Shown here: in pieces, positions 27,101-40,242 of the stretch | Layout: every line of letters starts with the position of its first letter | Position numbering within the stretch: position 1 is the stretch's first letter | Program-made: the position numbers and the translations under genes | Assembly (NCBI GenBank): GCA_964247055.1 | Contig: OZ176056.1 | Coordinates: forward strand, 6,696,001-6,760,000 | Direction of reading: 5' to 3' | Length of the DNA: 64,000 bases | Source: Paragordius varius | Taxonomy: Eukaryota > Animalia > Nematomorpha | Notes under the pieces: generated by a model | The model's input: only the letters and a program-made list of their open reading frames with translations | Told to the model about the DNA's origin: nothing | Databases searched by the model: none

Positions 27101-27528
27101 ATTGGTTTCCATGTGAGGGGGAACTGACTACCCATGAACTTTTACTTTATTGCATTGTACACCCATTATCAAATGGCGAGTCACAACTCAATTCAGTTGA
27201 TACAAATTCGTTATTTGTTAGAGCAAACATACCACCCATATTTGATCTCAATCAATTCACATTCCTATCGAATCTGCGATCTCCGGGCCATTTTTTGGCA
27301 CAGATACTGACAAAAAGTACACCGATTGATACGGAGTATAGAAAAGCCATTGCACTTATTTTAGCTGAGATGCCCTTAACTAATACGTTTGTTCTTGCGC
27401 AGCATAAAACTTTAAATCATACTACTTTATTTTACCTTTTCTACATACCGGACATTGTGCAATGTAATGCATGGAAAGCGGTATTAACCGATGTATATAA
27501 CAAAAATGATGAATTCACACATAATTAA
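22595..27528 (+). CDS. RalGPS: Ral guanine-nucleotide exchange factor with CDC25 (RasGEF) domain and C-terminal PH domain, RalGPS-like
   Basis: Exons 22595(or 22586)-22636, 22735-22887, 23466-23555, 23878-23970, 24246-24369, 24704-25135, 25377-26737 and 27091-27528, all in phase. Motifs: ELAKYITLINW, FTRQFN.LTFWV..EVL, NNLHALFAVLTGLQSAPIHRLKLTW, LPGIPYIGIFLTDLTY, ELYNQSLRLEP. The last exon is PH-like (W..C..EL...ELLLY ... TFVL...YLF......AWK.VL). No REM domain is seen, consistent with RalGPS. The true 5' end is uncertain. Confidence 0.88.
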
Positions 27529-28334
27529 TTGTCGGCGTTTTACGCAAAAAAATGATTTAAAAAATTTAAACTTGGAAACTAAACTCAATATGGTGTAATA
27601 AATTTTATTTGCTAAATGAATCTATACTAAACCAACCACATAGTTGCAATATATCACGCTGCAAAAAAATCTTTGTAAATGCAATTATAATAAGAATAAA
27701 TGATGCTATCGTGTATTTTCAAGTCAACATTTAAATATTTTTCGGGAAAATCCATTGAAAATGAAAAAATGAAATTGAAAACCCCATAAGCCCTTTTGAT
27801 CATACATTCTATACCCTTGGTGTTTTCTTAAATTTTATTAATCAATTATATGGGAAATGCAATTGATACATTTAATTAATTAATTTTTTTACAAAAATTT
27901 TTAAACTAATATATTGTAGCTAATATTAACATAATTGATGTACAAATAAATGGTATTGTGCAATTTTTTTATTACATTTGGATCTTTGTTTTAGCGTTTA
28001 ATTGATTGATATATATATCTTCTATATCGATAAATTGGGTTAGGCCATAAAACGACTTTGCCAATATAAACACAAACTTTTTTATTGTATTCATTTTCAC
28101 TTTATTAAAGCATTAACTTAATTATTTTATAAAAAATAGAGTATATCAGTATTCCGCAAAGGTACATATTTTACACCATAACAATAATTTAAATTAAATT
28201 CTCGTTAATTAAAATTGATATACATAAAAGTATCCTTTACAATGGCTAAAATAAATATCTAAATTATATATTTTTTTTTTGCCTAAATTTTGCGTTGTAT
28301 TATTGTATAATAATTTTATAAAATAGCCAATCAA

Positions 28335-28532
28335 ATGAATATCGCTCCAATGATAATAATGTTTCTGATGATGTGTTTGATTAATTTAACACATGCCAGA
28401 AATATTAAACGGCCCCCAGTGTGCCCTAGTAGAAATGTGCTTGGTGTGTCCGCTAATTTGCGACACAATAAAAATTGTGGTTTGAGAAATCCCAATTTAC
28501 GTGTCGTGCGGAGAAACAGACAGCGAAAATAA
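28335..28532 (+). CDS. Single-exon secreted cationic peptide precursor (65 aa), unknown family
   Basis: ATG start. Hydrophobic signal MNIAPMIIMFLMMCLINLTHA, then a 44-aa region with 13 K/R, no D/E and 2 Cys. GC is raised relative to the flanks, with TATA-like sequence just upstream and AATAAA motifs just downstream. Confidence 0.55.
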   Translation: MNIAPMIIMFLMMCLINLTHARNIKRPPVCPSRNVLGVSANLRHNKNCGLRNPNLRVVRRNRQRK

Positions 28533-29119
28533 ATTTATTAATCAAAAGAATAAATTTACTCAAAAGAATAAATAACTACCATGGTTTATTTTATTTTTAG
28601 CATTTGGTAAAGTGTAATTACTCGTGAACAGTGAAAATTTATATTTAAATATTTGAGTATTCCTAATCTTACATATCTTTAACCCAATTTATACAATGAA
28701 ATTAGATCTATTTTAAGATCTTAAAAACATCCATTCAATTGGTGATAATATGTAATGGTAAATTTCACAATTTTATAAAAATAAAGCCAATACATTATGA
28801 ATCAGCTTCAAATATAATAAGTTTCCATGTTTAAAGATATTTAACAAATATGTGAGGATATATTTATTTACCATACTGTTAACGTTTTAAACCTCAAGGC
28901 GAATACCTATCTTTTCACCATAAAATTGTAAAGATCATTTTTTCTCAATTCATTTACTATAGCTTTTAAGTGTTTTCCTCTTTCAGTGTTTATTAAAAAC
29001 GACACCAAAAATTTAACTTTCAATATCTTAACTTTAAAATTGTTTAAAAAAAGTAAACTCACAGATATACTAACACGTTTTTTTCTATTGTATTAACATA
29101 TTAAATCCAAGCAACTGTC

Positions 29120-29161
<42 letters not shown>

Positions 29162-29633
29162 GATATATAAATCATTTCCCAGTTAAAAAACGTTTTCCTA
29201 CTTAATCGAAACATATTTTATAACTATTTTCCACTACGAGCTTATCAATAAATTCATTTTTTTAACAATCATTGAATGACAATTTGTCCTCTAAAATATC
29301 ATTCTGATAGGAAAATGTTTCAGGATTATTATAATGCTTTTCTTTTGGCCCTTACGAATTAAAAAAGTAATATACACTTTTGCGGTAAGTGCTCCATATC
29401 AGAAAATAGTAAAGTGCGCACATGTGATTTCAATATTTTTTGGTGAAAGAAATGCTTCATTTAAAAAAAAAATTACTTTATAAACTAAACATAAAAAATA
29501 TAAGAATATATATAAAAAATTTTGATTTTAATTAAGCTCTGAACTATATTTATTTGCTTTAAAATAGGCTGGTTTTCCTAGCAAAGCAAAAATGTCGAGA
29601 TTGATAAAAATAAATATATGCTTAATTTCAAAA

Positions 29634-30570
29634 TCTATATATTTATGAAAATGGAAAGTGATGGCTTTGTGATCTGTTTCCGGAAAACCGGCATACCCAT
29701 TCAAATCCAAATGTCGAAAAAATATAATCATTAATGAATGCCCCGACAATAGCTTCGCCTTTCTTTGAATTAGGTCCCCAGTTCGGGCCCAGCCCGTGTA
29801 AAAAACGGGGTTTTTTGAAAACACAAGTCCATAAAAATCGTGTCTTTGAGACATTTTACCCGAAAACGTGTTGGACCATTCGATTTCAAATATGATTTTT
29901 GTTTACTTATTTTCGATTGCGCCGAACATAGTCGTCTCGCTTTTTTTATTTAGGCCCTCTTTTTACCCGCTCCCCCCGTAAAATACCACCATTTTCAAAA
30001 AACAAAGTTTTCAAAAATATTTTTTTAATTCTATTTTTCGCCCTATGTGTGAGACCGTAAAAATTCAATATGGATTCCACGTATTTCCTGATAAAAGTCA
30101 AAAATGTTAGTCAAGCGTTTCTTTGACGATAGCAGCGGGGTTCGGAGCTACCTGCTAAAAACTGATTCATCATATATAAATAGCGTGCTTTTGGGGCTAA
30201 TTTGCAGAAAACCTATCAGGCCATATGAGTTCAATCCGTGCTTAAAATATTACCCGTTTAAAGTCAAAAATTTATGTCGTAAATTCGCCGTTAATTAGGC
30301 CCTTCACGCCCTGAAAAATGCGTCACCATAGAATGGTTTTTTAATTTTGAGGTAATTCCAAAAAACTAATGGGAGCATATGGAATCAATCATGATTCCAG
30401 GTATTTTCCGTAAACAAAAATTTTAGTCGTGCGATTTTTTTATATTGGCTGCTGGGTAAGGAAATACCCACTAAAAACTGAGCCGTCGTATCAGGCTAAT
30501 TTCAGAAAACCTATCAAGCCATATGAGTTCAATAAGTGCTTAAAATGTTACCTGTAACACGGCAAAGTTT
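29634..30570 (+). mobile_element. Non-autonomous Helitron, 3'-truncated copy A
   Basis: Begins A|TCTATATATTTATGAAAATGG (Helitron 5' TC terminus). Near-identical in inverted orientation to about 32400-33040. No CTAG end was found. Confidence 0.75.
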
Positions 30571-30665
30571 TAGGTTGCTGTTTGTTAAAATTGCCCTTTA
30601 TGATGTATGCTATTTGGAAATAAATAATGACCTCTTAGCAATGTATACTTATTGATACTGTATCA

Positions 30666-31549
30666 TCTATATAATTATAAAAATGGAAAGTGGTGGCTTT
30701 GTGATCGTTTCCGGAAAACCGGTAGACCCATTCAAATCCAAAATTTCAATGAATCGCTAAAAAAAGGCCCTGAAAAATTCGCCCCCATAGAACAATTTTT
30801 TAGATTTATAGCTATATTTCCAAGAACTTATAGGAACATATGGATATCATAATTCCGGATATTTCCCATATAAAGACAAAAATTTTGCCCGACGCTTTTT
30901 TATACCTGCCTCTGGTAAGAACTACCCGTCAAAAACTGTGCAATAGAAATTGCGTTATTTTGGAACTAATTTAAAACTTATGCCATATTAGCTCATTTAA
31001 AGTTGAAATATTACCCGTAACTAGGTAAAATTAAGGGCAGGCCTTTTTTTAGCCGTTAATTTGGGGCCTTTATGCCCAAAAAGTACGCCATCATATAATG
31101 ATTATTTAGAGTTGACGAATAACCCGTGACGATGGTCTCAAAGATGATTCCAAATATTTTCCCTATAAAGGCAAAAAATTTAACTTAGCGCTTTTTCCAT
31201 ATAAGCCTATGGGTAGGGGTCTACCGGTTCTGAGACGCCATACAAAAATGGCGTGGCTTTGGAGATAATTTTCAAAAAACTTAACAAGCTATACGAGATC
31301 AATAGAGGCTTTAAATATTACCCATAAAAAAGTAAAAATTATAGTATAGCGGTTTTTTTCTGTTAGCCGTCAATTTGGGGCCTTTACACCAGTAAACAAT
31401 ATATTAATATGAATGCACCGTTTTGAAAATCCTATGAGATCATAGCTATTAAATAATGTTTCGAAATCCACATATATGGATCATTTTATTGTCCCTTTTT
31501 TCAAATAGACCCCCCCCCTTCCCCCAGAAGTCCGAAAGACTTACGCTAG
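30666..31549 (+). mobile_element. Non-autonomous Helitron, diverged copy A'
   Basis: A|TCTATATAATTATAAAAATGG ... GAAGTCCGAAAGACTTACG-CTAG|T. The 3' tail matches copies D and E but the second hairpin is deleted. Confidence 0.8.
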
Positions 31550-32052
31550 TAGTTTATAAAAATGCATTTTTACAATTTAATTTTAGAAAAATCTTGTTAA
31601 AGAGTACTTCCTATTATTTTGATGCATGATGTAAACGGTATCAAAATGCTTAAGATATTATATAACCACTTTATTTATATAATTTGATGATGCTAAACAT
31701 TTCTATCACATCAGAATCTTGGTTTAAATGTTCGTTAGTCGACAAATATATGTAAGTAATTTGTATATGTGTACAAAATTTGACCAAACATTTTAACAAA
31801 AACGTTAAATTAAAAATTCTGAAGCGATAGAAAAGTTCATCATTGAATTATAGAGAAATAATGTATATATGTTAAAGCCTTATCACCTATCCATCATGTC
31901 TCAAAATAGTATAAGGTGTACTTCAACAATATTTGCTAAAAAATAATTTTTGGAAAAAGTATTTTTTAAAAATTATTTTTAGCTGATACTAAAATTTACC
32001 ATATTTAATAATTGGATCGCTGAATCTCGGCATTCTTGCGTTTATTTTATTA

Positions 32053-34657
32053 CTAGCGTAAATCTCGTGCTGCTACGCAGCCCGAGGAAGTCCTTCGGAC
32101 TTCTGGGGGGGCATTTTTGATTTTATAAGGAATTTTGGTATGCGGCACGAAGTTTTAAAATGATTCACATAGTCTCATATTCTGAAATTTGGCTCCAAAG
32201 GCATGCTGCATCGATATGATGGCACAGTTGTAGCCGGGTAGCCCCCTACCCAGAGGCCAATATAAAAATGGAGTTAGATAAAAAAAATTTGCCTTTATAC
32301 CTGGAATCAACGTTTATTTCTATGGAAGAATGGCTTCAAAACTAAATAATAATTTAATGATAGCGCATTTTTTGAGGGAGTAAAGGGCCTATTTAACGGC
32401 TAATTCAAAAAATCCGCTTGACTTTTGATTACGGGTAATACTTAGAGCAGCTATGGCCTGATAGGTTTTCTGCAAATTAGCCCCAAAAGCACGCTATTTA
32501 TATATGATGAATCAGTTTTTAGCAGGTAGCTCCTAACCCCGCTGCTATCGTCAAAGAAACGCTTGACTAACATTTTTGACTTTTATCAGGGAATACGTGG
32601 AATCCATATTGAATTTTTACGGTCTCACACCTAGGGCGAAAAATAGAATTAAAAAAATATTTTTGTAAATTTTGTTTTTTGAAAATGGTGGTATTTTACG
32701 GGGGGAGCGGGTAAAAAGAGGGCCTAAATTCAAAAAGCGAGACGACTATGTTCGGCGCAATCGAAAATAAGTAAACAAAAATCATATTTGAAATCGAATG
32801 GTCCAACACGTTTTCGGGTAAAATGTCTCAAAGACACGATTTTTATGGACTTCTGTTTTCAAAAAAAACCGTTTTTCACACGGGTGGGCCCGAACTGGGG
32901 GCCTATTTCAAGAAAATGGCGAGGCTATTGTCGGGGCATTCATTAATGATTATATTTTTTCGAAGTTTGGATTTGAATGGTGGTCTACCGGTTTTCCTGT
33001 ACCAGATAAAGCCAGCATTTTCCATTTTTAATAATATAGATTACCATAAATAATGTTTTATTATACATATATTTTTTAACATCCTATGCATATGATAGAT
33101 ACTCCATACTCAGCAGCTATCATCAAAGAAACGCTTGACTAAAATTTTTGCCTTTTAACAGGGAATACGAAAAATCCTTATTAAATTTTTACAGTCTCAT
33201 ACCTTGGGCAAAAAAATAAAATCAAAAAATTATTTTTGTGGACTTTTTTTTGAAAAAAATGGCATTTTACGGGGGTAGCGGGTAAAAAGAGGGCCTAAAA
33301 AAAGCGAGACGACTATGTTAGGCACAATCGAAAATAAGTAAACAAAAATCATATTTGAAATTGAATGGTCCAACACGTTCTCTAGAAAATTGTCTCAAAG
33401 ACACGATTTTTTTGACTTCTGTTTTCAAAAAAAAACCGTTTTTCACACGGAGTGGGTCCGAACTGGGGGCCTATTTCAAAAAAGGGCGAAGCTATTGTCG
33501 GGGCATTCATTAATGATTATATTTTTTCGAAGTTTGAATTTGAATGGGTCTACCGGTTTTCCTGTACCATATCACAAAGCCAGCATTTTCCATTTTTATA
33601 AATATATAGATTACCATAAATAATGTATTAATATCCATATATCTTTTAACATGCAATACATATGATAGATACTCCTTACTCAGCAGCTATCATCAAAGAA
33701 ACGCTTGACTAAAATTTTTGCCTTTTCACAGGGAATACGAAAAATCTTTCTCGAATTTTTCAGTCTCATACCGTGGGCAAAAAAATACAATCAAAAAATT
33801 ATTTTTGTGGACTTTTTTTTGAAAAAAATGGCATTTTACGGGGGTAGCGGGTAAAAAGAGGGCCTAAATCAAAAAAGTGAGTCGACTATGTTCAGCGCGA
33901 TCAAAAATAAGTAATCAAAAATCATATTTGAAATTGAATGGTCCAACACGTTCTCCAAAAAATTGACTTAACCCATTTTTCACACGGGGTGGGCCCGAAC
34001 TGGGGACCTAATTAAAAAAAAGGGCGAAGCTATTGTCGGGGCATTCATAAATGATTATTATTTTTCGATATTTGGATTTGATTGGGTTCACCGGTTTTCC
34101 GGAAACAGATCACAAAGTTACATGAGGAATCAGTTTTTAGCGGGTAGCTCCTTACCCAGCAGCTATCATCATAAAAACGCCTGACTAAAATTTTTGCCTT
34201 TTAACAGGGAATACGTGGAATCCATATTAAATTTTTACAGTCTCAAACCTAGGGCGAAAAATAAATTTAAAAAATTATTTTTGTGGATTTTGTTTTTTGA
34301 AAAAAATGGCATTTTACAGGGGTAGCGGGTAAAAAGAGGGCCTAAATCAAAAAAGTGACTCGACTATGTTCGGCGCAATCGAAAATAATTAAACCAAAAT
34401 CATATTTAGAATGGTCCAACACGTTCTCCAGGAAATTGTCTCAAAGACACGATTTTTGTGGACTTATGTTTTCAAAAAAAACCGTTTTTCATACGAGGTG
34501 GGCCCGAACTGGGGCCTATTTCAAAAAAAAGGGCGAAGCTATTGTCGGGGCATTCATTAATGAATATATTTTTTCGAAGTTTGGATTTGAATGGGTCTAT
34601 CGGTTTTCCTGTACCAGATCACAAAGCCAGCATTTTCCATTTTTATAAATATATAGA
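32053..34657 (-). mobile_element. Head-to-tail Helitron concatemer (three 5' ends, one 3' end)
   Basis: Minus-strand 3' end with twin hairpins + CTAG|T at 32053. 5' TCTATA termini at 33040, 33610 and 34657. A ~70-bp spacer (TTACCATAAATAATG...ATGATAGATACTCC) recurs after 33040 and 33610. Internal modules recur at 570 and 478 bp spacing. Confidence 0.8.
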
Positions 34658-34661
34658 TAGA

Positions 34662-36230
34662 CTAGCGTAAATCTCGTGCTGCTACGCAGCCCGAGGAAGT
34701 CCTTCGGACATCTGGGGGGAAGGGGTTATTTGAAAAAAGGGACAATAAAATCATCTACATATGTGGGTTATTTCGAAACAATATTTAATAGCTATGATCT
34801 CATAGGAATCTTAAAACGGTGCATTCATACTAATTTATTGTTTACCTGGGGGAAAAATAGATTTAAAAAATTATTTTTGCGGACTTTGTTTTTTGAAAAA
34901 ATGGCATTTTACAGGGGTAGCGGGTAAAAAGAGGGCCTAAATCAAAAAAGTGACTCGACTATGTTCGGCGCGATCAAAAACAAGTAAACAAAAATCATAT
35001 TTAGAATGGTCCAACACGTTCTCCAGAAAATTGTCTCAAAGACACGATTTTTGTGGACTTATGTTTTCAAAAAAAACCGTTTTTCATACGGGATGGCGAA
35101 CTGGGGACCTAATTCCAAAAAAGGGCGAAGCTATTGTCGGAGCATTCATTAATGATTATATTTTTTCGATATTTGGATTTGATTGCGTTCACCGGTTTTC
35201 CGGAAACAGATCACAAAGTTACATGAGAAATCAGTTTTTCGCGGGTAGCTCCTTACTCAGCAGCTATTATCAAAGAAACGCTTGACTAAAATTTTTGCCT
35301 TTTCACAGGGAATACGAAAAATCTTTCTCGAATTTTTACAGTCTCATACCGTGGGCAAAAAAATACAATCAAAAAATTATTTTTGTGGACTGTTTTTTTT
35401 CAAAAAAATGGCATTTTACGGGGGTAGCGGGTAAAAAGAGGGCCTAAATCAAAAAAGTAAGTCGACTATGTTCAGCGCGATCAAAAATAAGTAATCAAAA
35501 ATCATATTTGAAATTGAATGGTCCAACACGTTCTCCAAAAAATTGACTTAACCCATTTTTCACACGGGGTGGGCCCGAACTGGGGACCTAATTCCAAAAA
35601 AGGGCGAAGCTATTGTCGGGGCATTCATAAATGATTATTATTTTTCGATATTTGGATTTGATTGGGTTCACCGGTTTTCCGGAAACAGATCACAAAGTTA
35701 CATGAGGAATCAGTTTTTAGCGGGTAGCTCCTTACCCAGCAGCTATCATCAAAAAAACGCCTGACTAAAATTTTTGCCTTTTAACAGGGAATACGTGGAA
35801 TCCACATTGAATTTTTACGGTCTCATTCCTAAGGCGAAAAATAGATTTAAAAAATTATTTTTGTGGATTTTGTTTTTTGAAAAAAATGGCATTTTACAGG
35901 GGTAGCGGGTAAAAAGAGGGCCTAAATCAAACAAGTGACTCGACTATGTTCGGCGCAATCGAAAATAAGTAAACAAAAATCATATTTGAAATAGAATGGT
36001 CCAACACGTTCTCCAGAAAATTGTCTCAAAGACACGATTTCTGTTTTCAAAAAAAAACCGTTTTTCATACGGGGTGGGCTCGAACTGGGGCCTATTTCAA
36101 AGAAAGGGCGAAGCTATTGTCGGGGCATTCATTAATGATTATATTTTTTCGATGTTTGGATTTGAATGGGTCTACCGGTTTTCCTGTACCAGATCACAAA
36201 GCCAGCATTTTCCATTTTTATAAATATATA
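34662..36230 (-). mobile_element. Non-autonomous Helitron copy D with three internal ~480-505 bp modules
   Basis: CTAG 3' end at 34662 with twin hairpins. The landmark GGGCCTAAATCAAA recurs at about 34935, 35441 and 35919. The 5' end at about 36230 has decayed to TATATA. 35240-36230 duplicates about 33670-34657. Confidence 0.8.
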
Positions 36231-37586
36231 TATTAGAGTTCTCCATTACACAGTGTGCAACAAATTTACTCAAGATATCATACCTAGCTTAATATGACCC
36301 TTGTGACATATACATCTCAAAAATATAAGGATAAAAAAAATTGTCAATGTAGAAAATTTTTTTTCACTTTGGAAAAAATCAATTTATTTGCCTAATACTT
36401 GATCAAAAATTATAAAACTTATATATAATATAAATAATATTAAATAAATATTATTTGCAAATTTTGGCTCAATATGAATGGATAGATTTAAAATAAATGT
36501 CAATTAAATCCAACTAAATTTAGCCCTTTATATTAGTAACATAAAAAATACTTGAAGATTGATAAAATTTGGTACTTTAGAAGCCCACATCATTATATTT
36601 GTTAAAAAATATTGTTTTGTTTACAATTAGTTTATATTTTGATAATATTGTTGGAATGAAGCATTTAGCGTACACCAAAATTTTTTAATGTGCCCAAATT
36701 TCACCTTTTTCCGATATGGGAGATTTACCACAAAAGTGTAAATAACTTTCCTTAATTTTAAGGGTAAAGCCAAAAGCACCATGATTATTCTGATACATTT
36801 TCCTCTCAAAATAAATATATTTCATTAGGATATTTATTGATAATCCGATTTTGGAGGCAGCGTATTCTGATTAATCAATAAAAACGTATGGGGTTCCAAA
36901 GAAACTTTTTTGGCCGGAGAACCGCTCGTCAAAATATATTATATAAATATGTAAAAAGAATTCAATATTTTAAAATTCCTTTTTAAATGTGGGGTCCCTC
37001 TAAAATTTTGGCCCCCTCTAAAATGGGGTTTTATTAAAATAAGCCCGGCGAGATGCAATATTCTAGATCATTAAAAATGTTTGTGAAAAATCTATACTTC
37101 TTCAAAAATTTAATTGTTGGGATTTTTGTTGATTCGAGCTTCATGCTACATTTTGCATGAGGAAAATGTTAAAAATCGCTTAACAATCTAAAACTTTCTC
37201 TATGTTAGAAGGATGCCTAACATTTCTTTTATTTACCTCAAACTAGTAATTACATATTTAGGTTAATAAAATCTCACGCATGCTCCCATGCCTTTAACAT
37301 TTCGCGATAATTATATTTTAATTATTTTTTAAAAAAGCCAATTTGGATAATATAAGAACATCTCAGTAAACTAAGCAAAGCAAGGACATGAGATATTTAT
37401 ATATGACTACAATTAAAAACTTTTTAGACAAATATTCTACCAATAATTTCTAGGTTTTCTTATAAGTAGTATGTTAAAAATTGGTATCACCCTACTCGTC
37501 TGCCTTAAAATAGAAATTGGTGAAAAATATTATTTTTTTCCAATTATTATCATATTGAGCTGTAGAATTTTAATTCTTTTTATTAA

Positions 37587-38117
37587 CACTTTGATTCAAA
37601 TTGGGGTATTTAAATACCCCAGATAAATTTGAGTTAGGATTTTTACAAAACTACTGAAGGAAACGGTCCCAATTTAAATTTATGATTCTATCCTACATTA
37701 AATTATATAAATATGCCAAAATATCTAAATAAATTTTGTTTTGAAAAAAAAGTTCCATTTCAAGCTACTTCGACGCCATTTTTATTTTACATAATTTTTG
37801 CAAAATATCGTCGTCATATAATTTTAAGGGTATAATCAAAGCTAATTTTTATTTATATTACATCTAACATTGATAGAAATACATGTCACGTGGACTAAAT
37901 TTTTACCTTTGGTTTTAGCTTAAAATAAGTAATATCAAGTATTTTTGAATAAATTTTATTATATATTTCGGTTTAATAATGTTATATAAGTGCAAAATTT
38001 TGCCATGGTTTTGATTCCTTCCATATTTTTTGAAGAATTTAATTTTAAACAGGCCTGGGGTATTTAACTACCCCAATTTGAATCGAAGGACTAAAATGAA
38101 TGTGTTGTATATAAGTG
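37587..38117. mobile_element. TTAA-flanked (piggyBac-like) MITE, copy 2 (opposite orientation)
   Basis: TTAA|CACT...AGTG|TTAA. Reverse complement of the 6473-7008 and 41790-42361 bodies. Confidence 0.75.
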
Positions 38118-40242
38118 TTAAATATATTCAAGCGTGTTAACTGAGTTTATAGATTTGACATGAACACTTATTACAGAACCATACTAAAATCAATAGTTTT
38201 TTTAGGAAACTTAAAATTTTATGTGTCACTAATATTTTTTTCATAAAATAAAAAAATCCGTAATATGTAATAAAATTATATTGTATATTGAATTAAAAGT
38301 GGTATCAATTGGAACTTCACATATTATTCGTGCTAAGGTATGATTTTTTGATATATTGTAAAATTATTTTATATATTTTTTATATATTTTATTTATTGTA
38401 ATTTTATAATGCATCATATCTTAATTTTTATTTTGTGGTAATTGAACAGTTAATTCTGTCGGTTGCGGTAAATTGTAAAATAATACATAATTTTAATTAA
38501 ATTCTTATTTATACCATTAAATAATTATTTTGAAATTTTTATCATTTAAAATTAATATTAAATATATGTTTAATATCATTAATAATTCTTTTTTATATAA
38601 ACTGATTGATTTCATTCTTAGAACTTCTATTGCAGAAAACCACATAAAATCATAAATATGTAATTGTGTCTCGCTTTTGTGTTTTAAGGTTATGTAAGAT
38701 TCGTTTGCTAAGAATTTTTTATATATGTATGGATATATACATTGTTTTTAAATATTGATTTTTACAAGGAGTACAATCATGTAATTTTTACATTTTTATA
38801 CAAGCTATGGATGTATTCTAGGGGGTACAGGCAGGTTGAAAAAAACACATTTTTCGGACAGAATGTCCTTTTTTCCAGTCTGCGTCTTACACTTTTTTAT
38901 ATCTCCAAATTGTTTTTTTTACATATACAAAATCGATTTTTCCCATCAAATTTATTAAAAGTTTGTAAATTTTGAAATATTTACATTGATTTTTTTTTCG
39001 TTTTTATAAATACTTTTTTATATAAATTAAACCAATTCTTTTATTTTTATAATTTCTTTCTGCAAGAAAACTAGTACATTCCACATAGAAAATATAAAGA
39101 AAAAACAATTAACCATGTATGAAATATATATGTATAGAGCTTGCTTCAAGAAAGTTTTAGTATTTTTATATATATGTACCATATGGTATAAAATTATATA
39201 TTAATATAATAATTTCTTATTTTACATAATTATAATATTTATATTTTTATGTTTCAGAAATATGAGCATTTTGGAGAGCCAATTTTGTGGTTTTTTATTT
39301 TACATATATTAATCATTACAGTTATTTTAGTGTTTATAAATCAATAATTGATTTCGATTCTACACCAGTTTATTTAAATCAACAAGTTTTTTTTCTATAT
39401 TTCCCAATTTTCTTGGATTTTCTCTAAATTATCAATTAATTAATTATTAATTTATAAATTTATAAACACGCAAATTTTAAATTACAAATACTATTTTTAA
39501 TACATTTCATATAATTAATTTACAATGCGTATCTCACTTAGACTACCTAAGTAAGGTTTTTCCTATACCATTTTTGATATAAATTAAAAATTTTGATTGA
39601 TATGATTTTAAATGCGGTATGTATAGGTACTTTGAGATACTATTTTGATACATTAGATTGAATGTTATTATCATAATAAATTTCTGGCCCCCAGTTTTCA
39701 AATATTTTAAATTGTGTACCAATATCTGAGTCAACGGTTTTCGATTGAAAATAGATGTGCGCGGAGGTGTTTGAGTATTTTTTCAAATATCATAGATACC
39801 CTTTAACCATTATATATTGTTTTTAATTTTGACGACAAGTCGAAAATTACTATAGTTATCTTTTACTGTATGTGTATATAGTTGCCGCAACTAATTATTT
39901 CTCTTAAAATAGCTTGTTGGTTTTTTTTGTTAATCATAAATATTTTGCTTTTGTACTCACACATTTTATAATTAAGGAAATAAGCTTGACATATAAATGA
40001 TATTTTAACACAATACCATTTCTTTTGGTACATTTTAGTAGTATGAATTTAGGGCCCGCCTACATATTTTTTGAATTACGTATAAGATCATGAAATTTTA
40101 TTGGAAACTCGAGAATTGTGATTGAAAAAATTTCCCCAATCTCAATTTTCTCTTTGAGAGTCAAAAGCGACATTTCAGTCATTTTAACTACTTTGGTTGG
40201 TTTGTTAATCTTATGTTTGCTTGTCTCATGGCATTTAAAATG

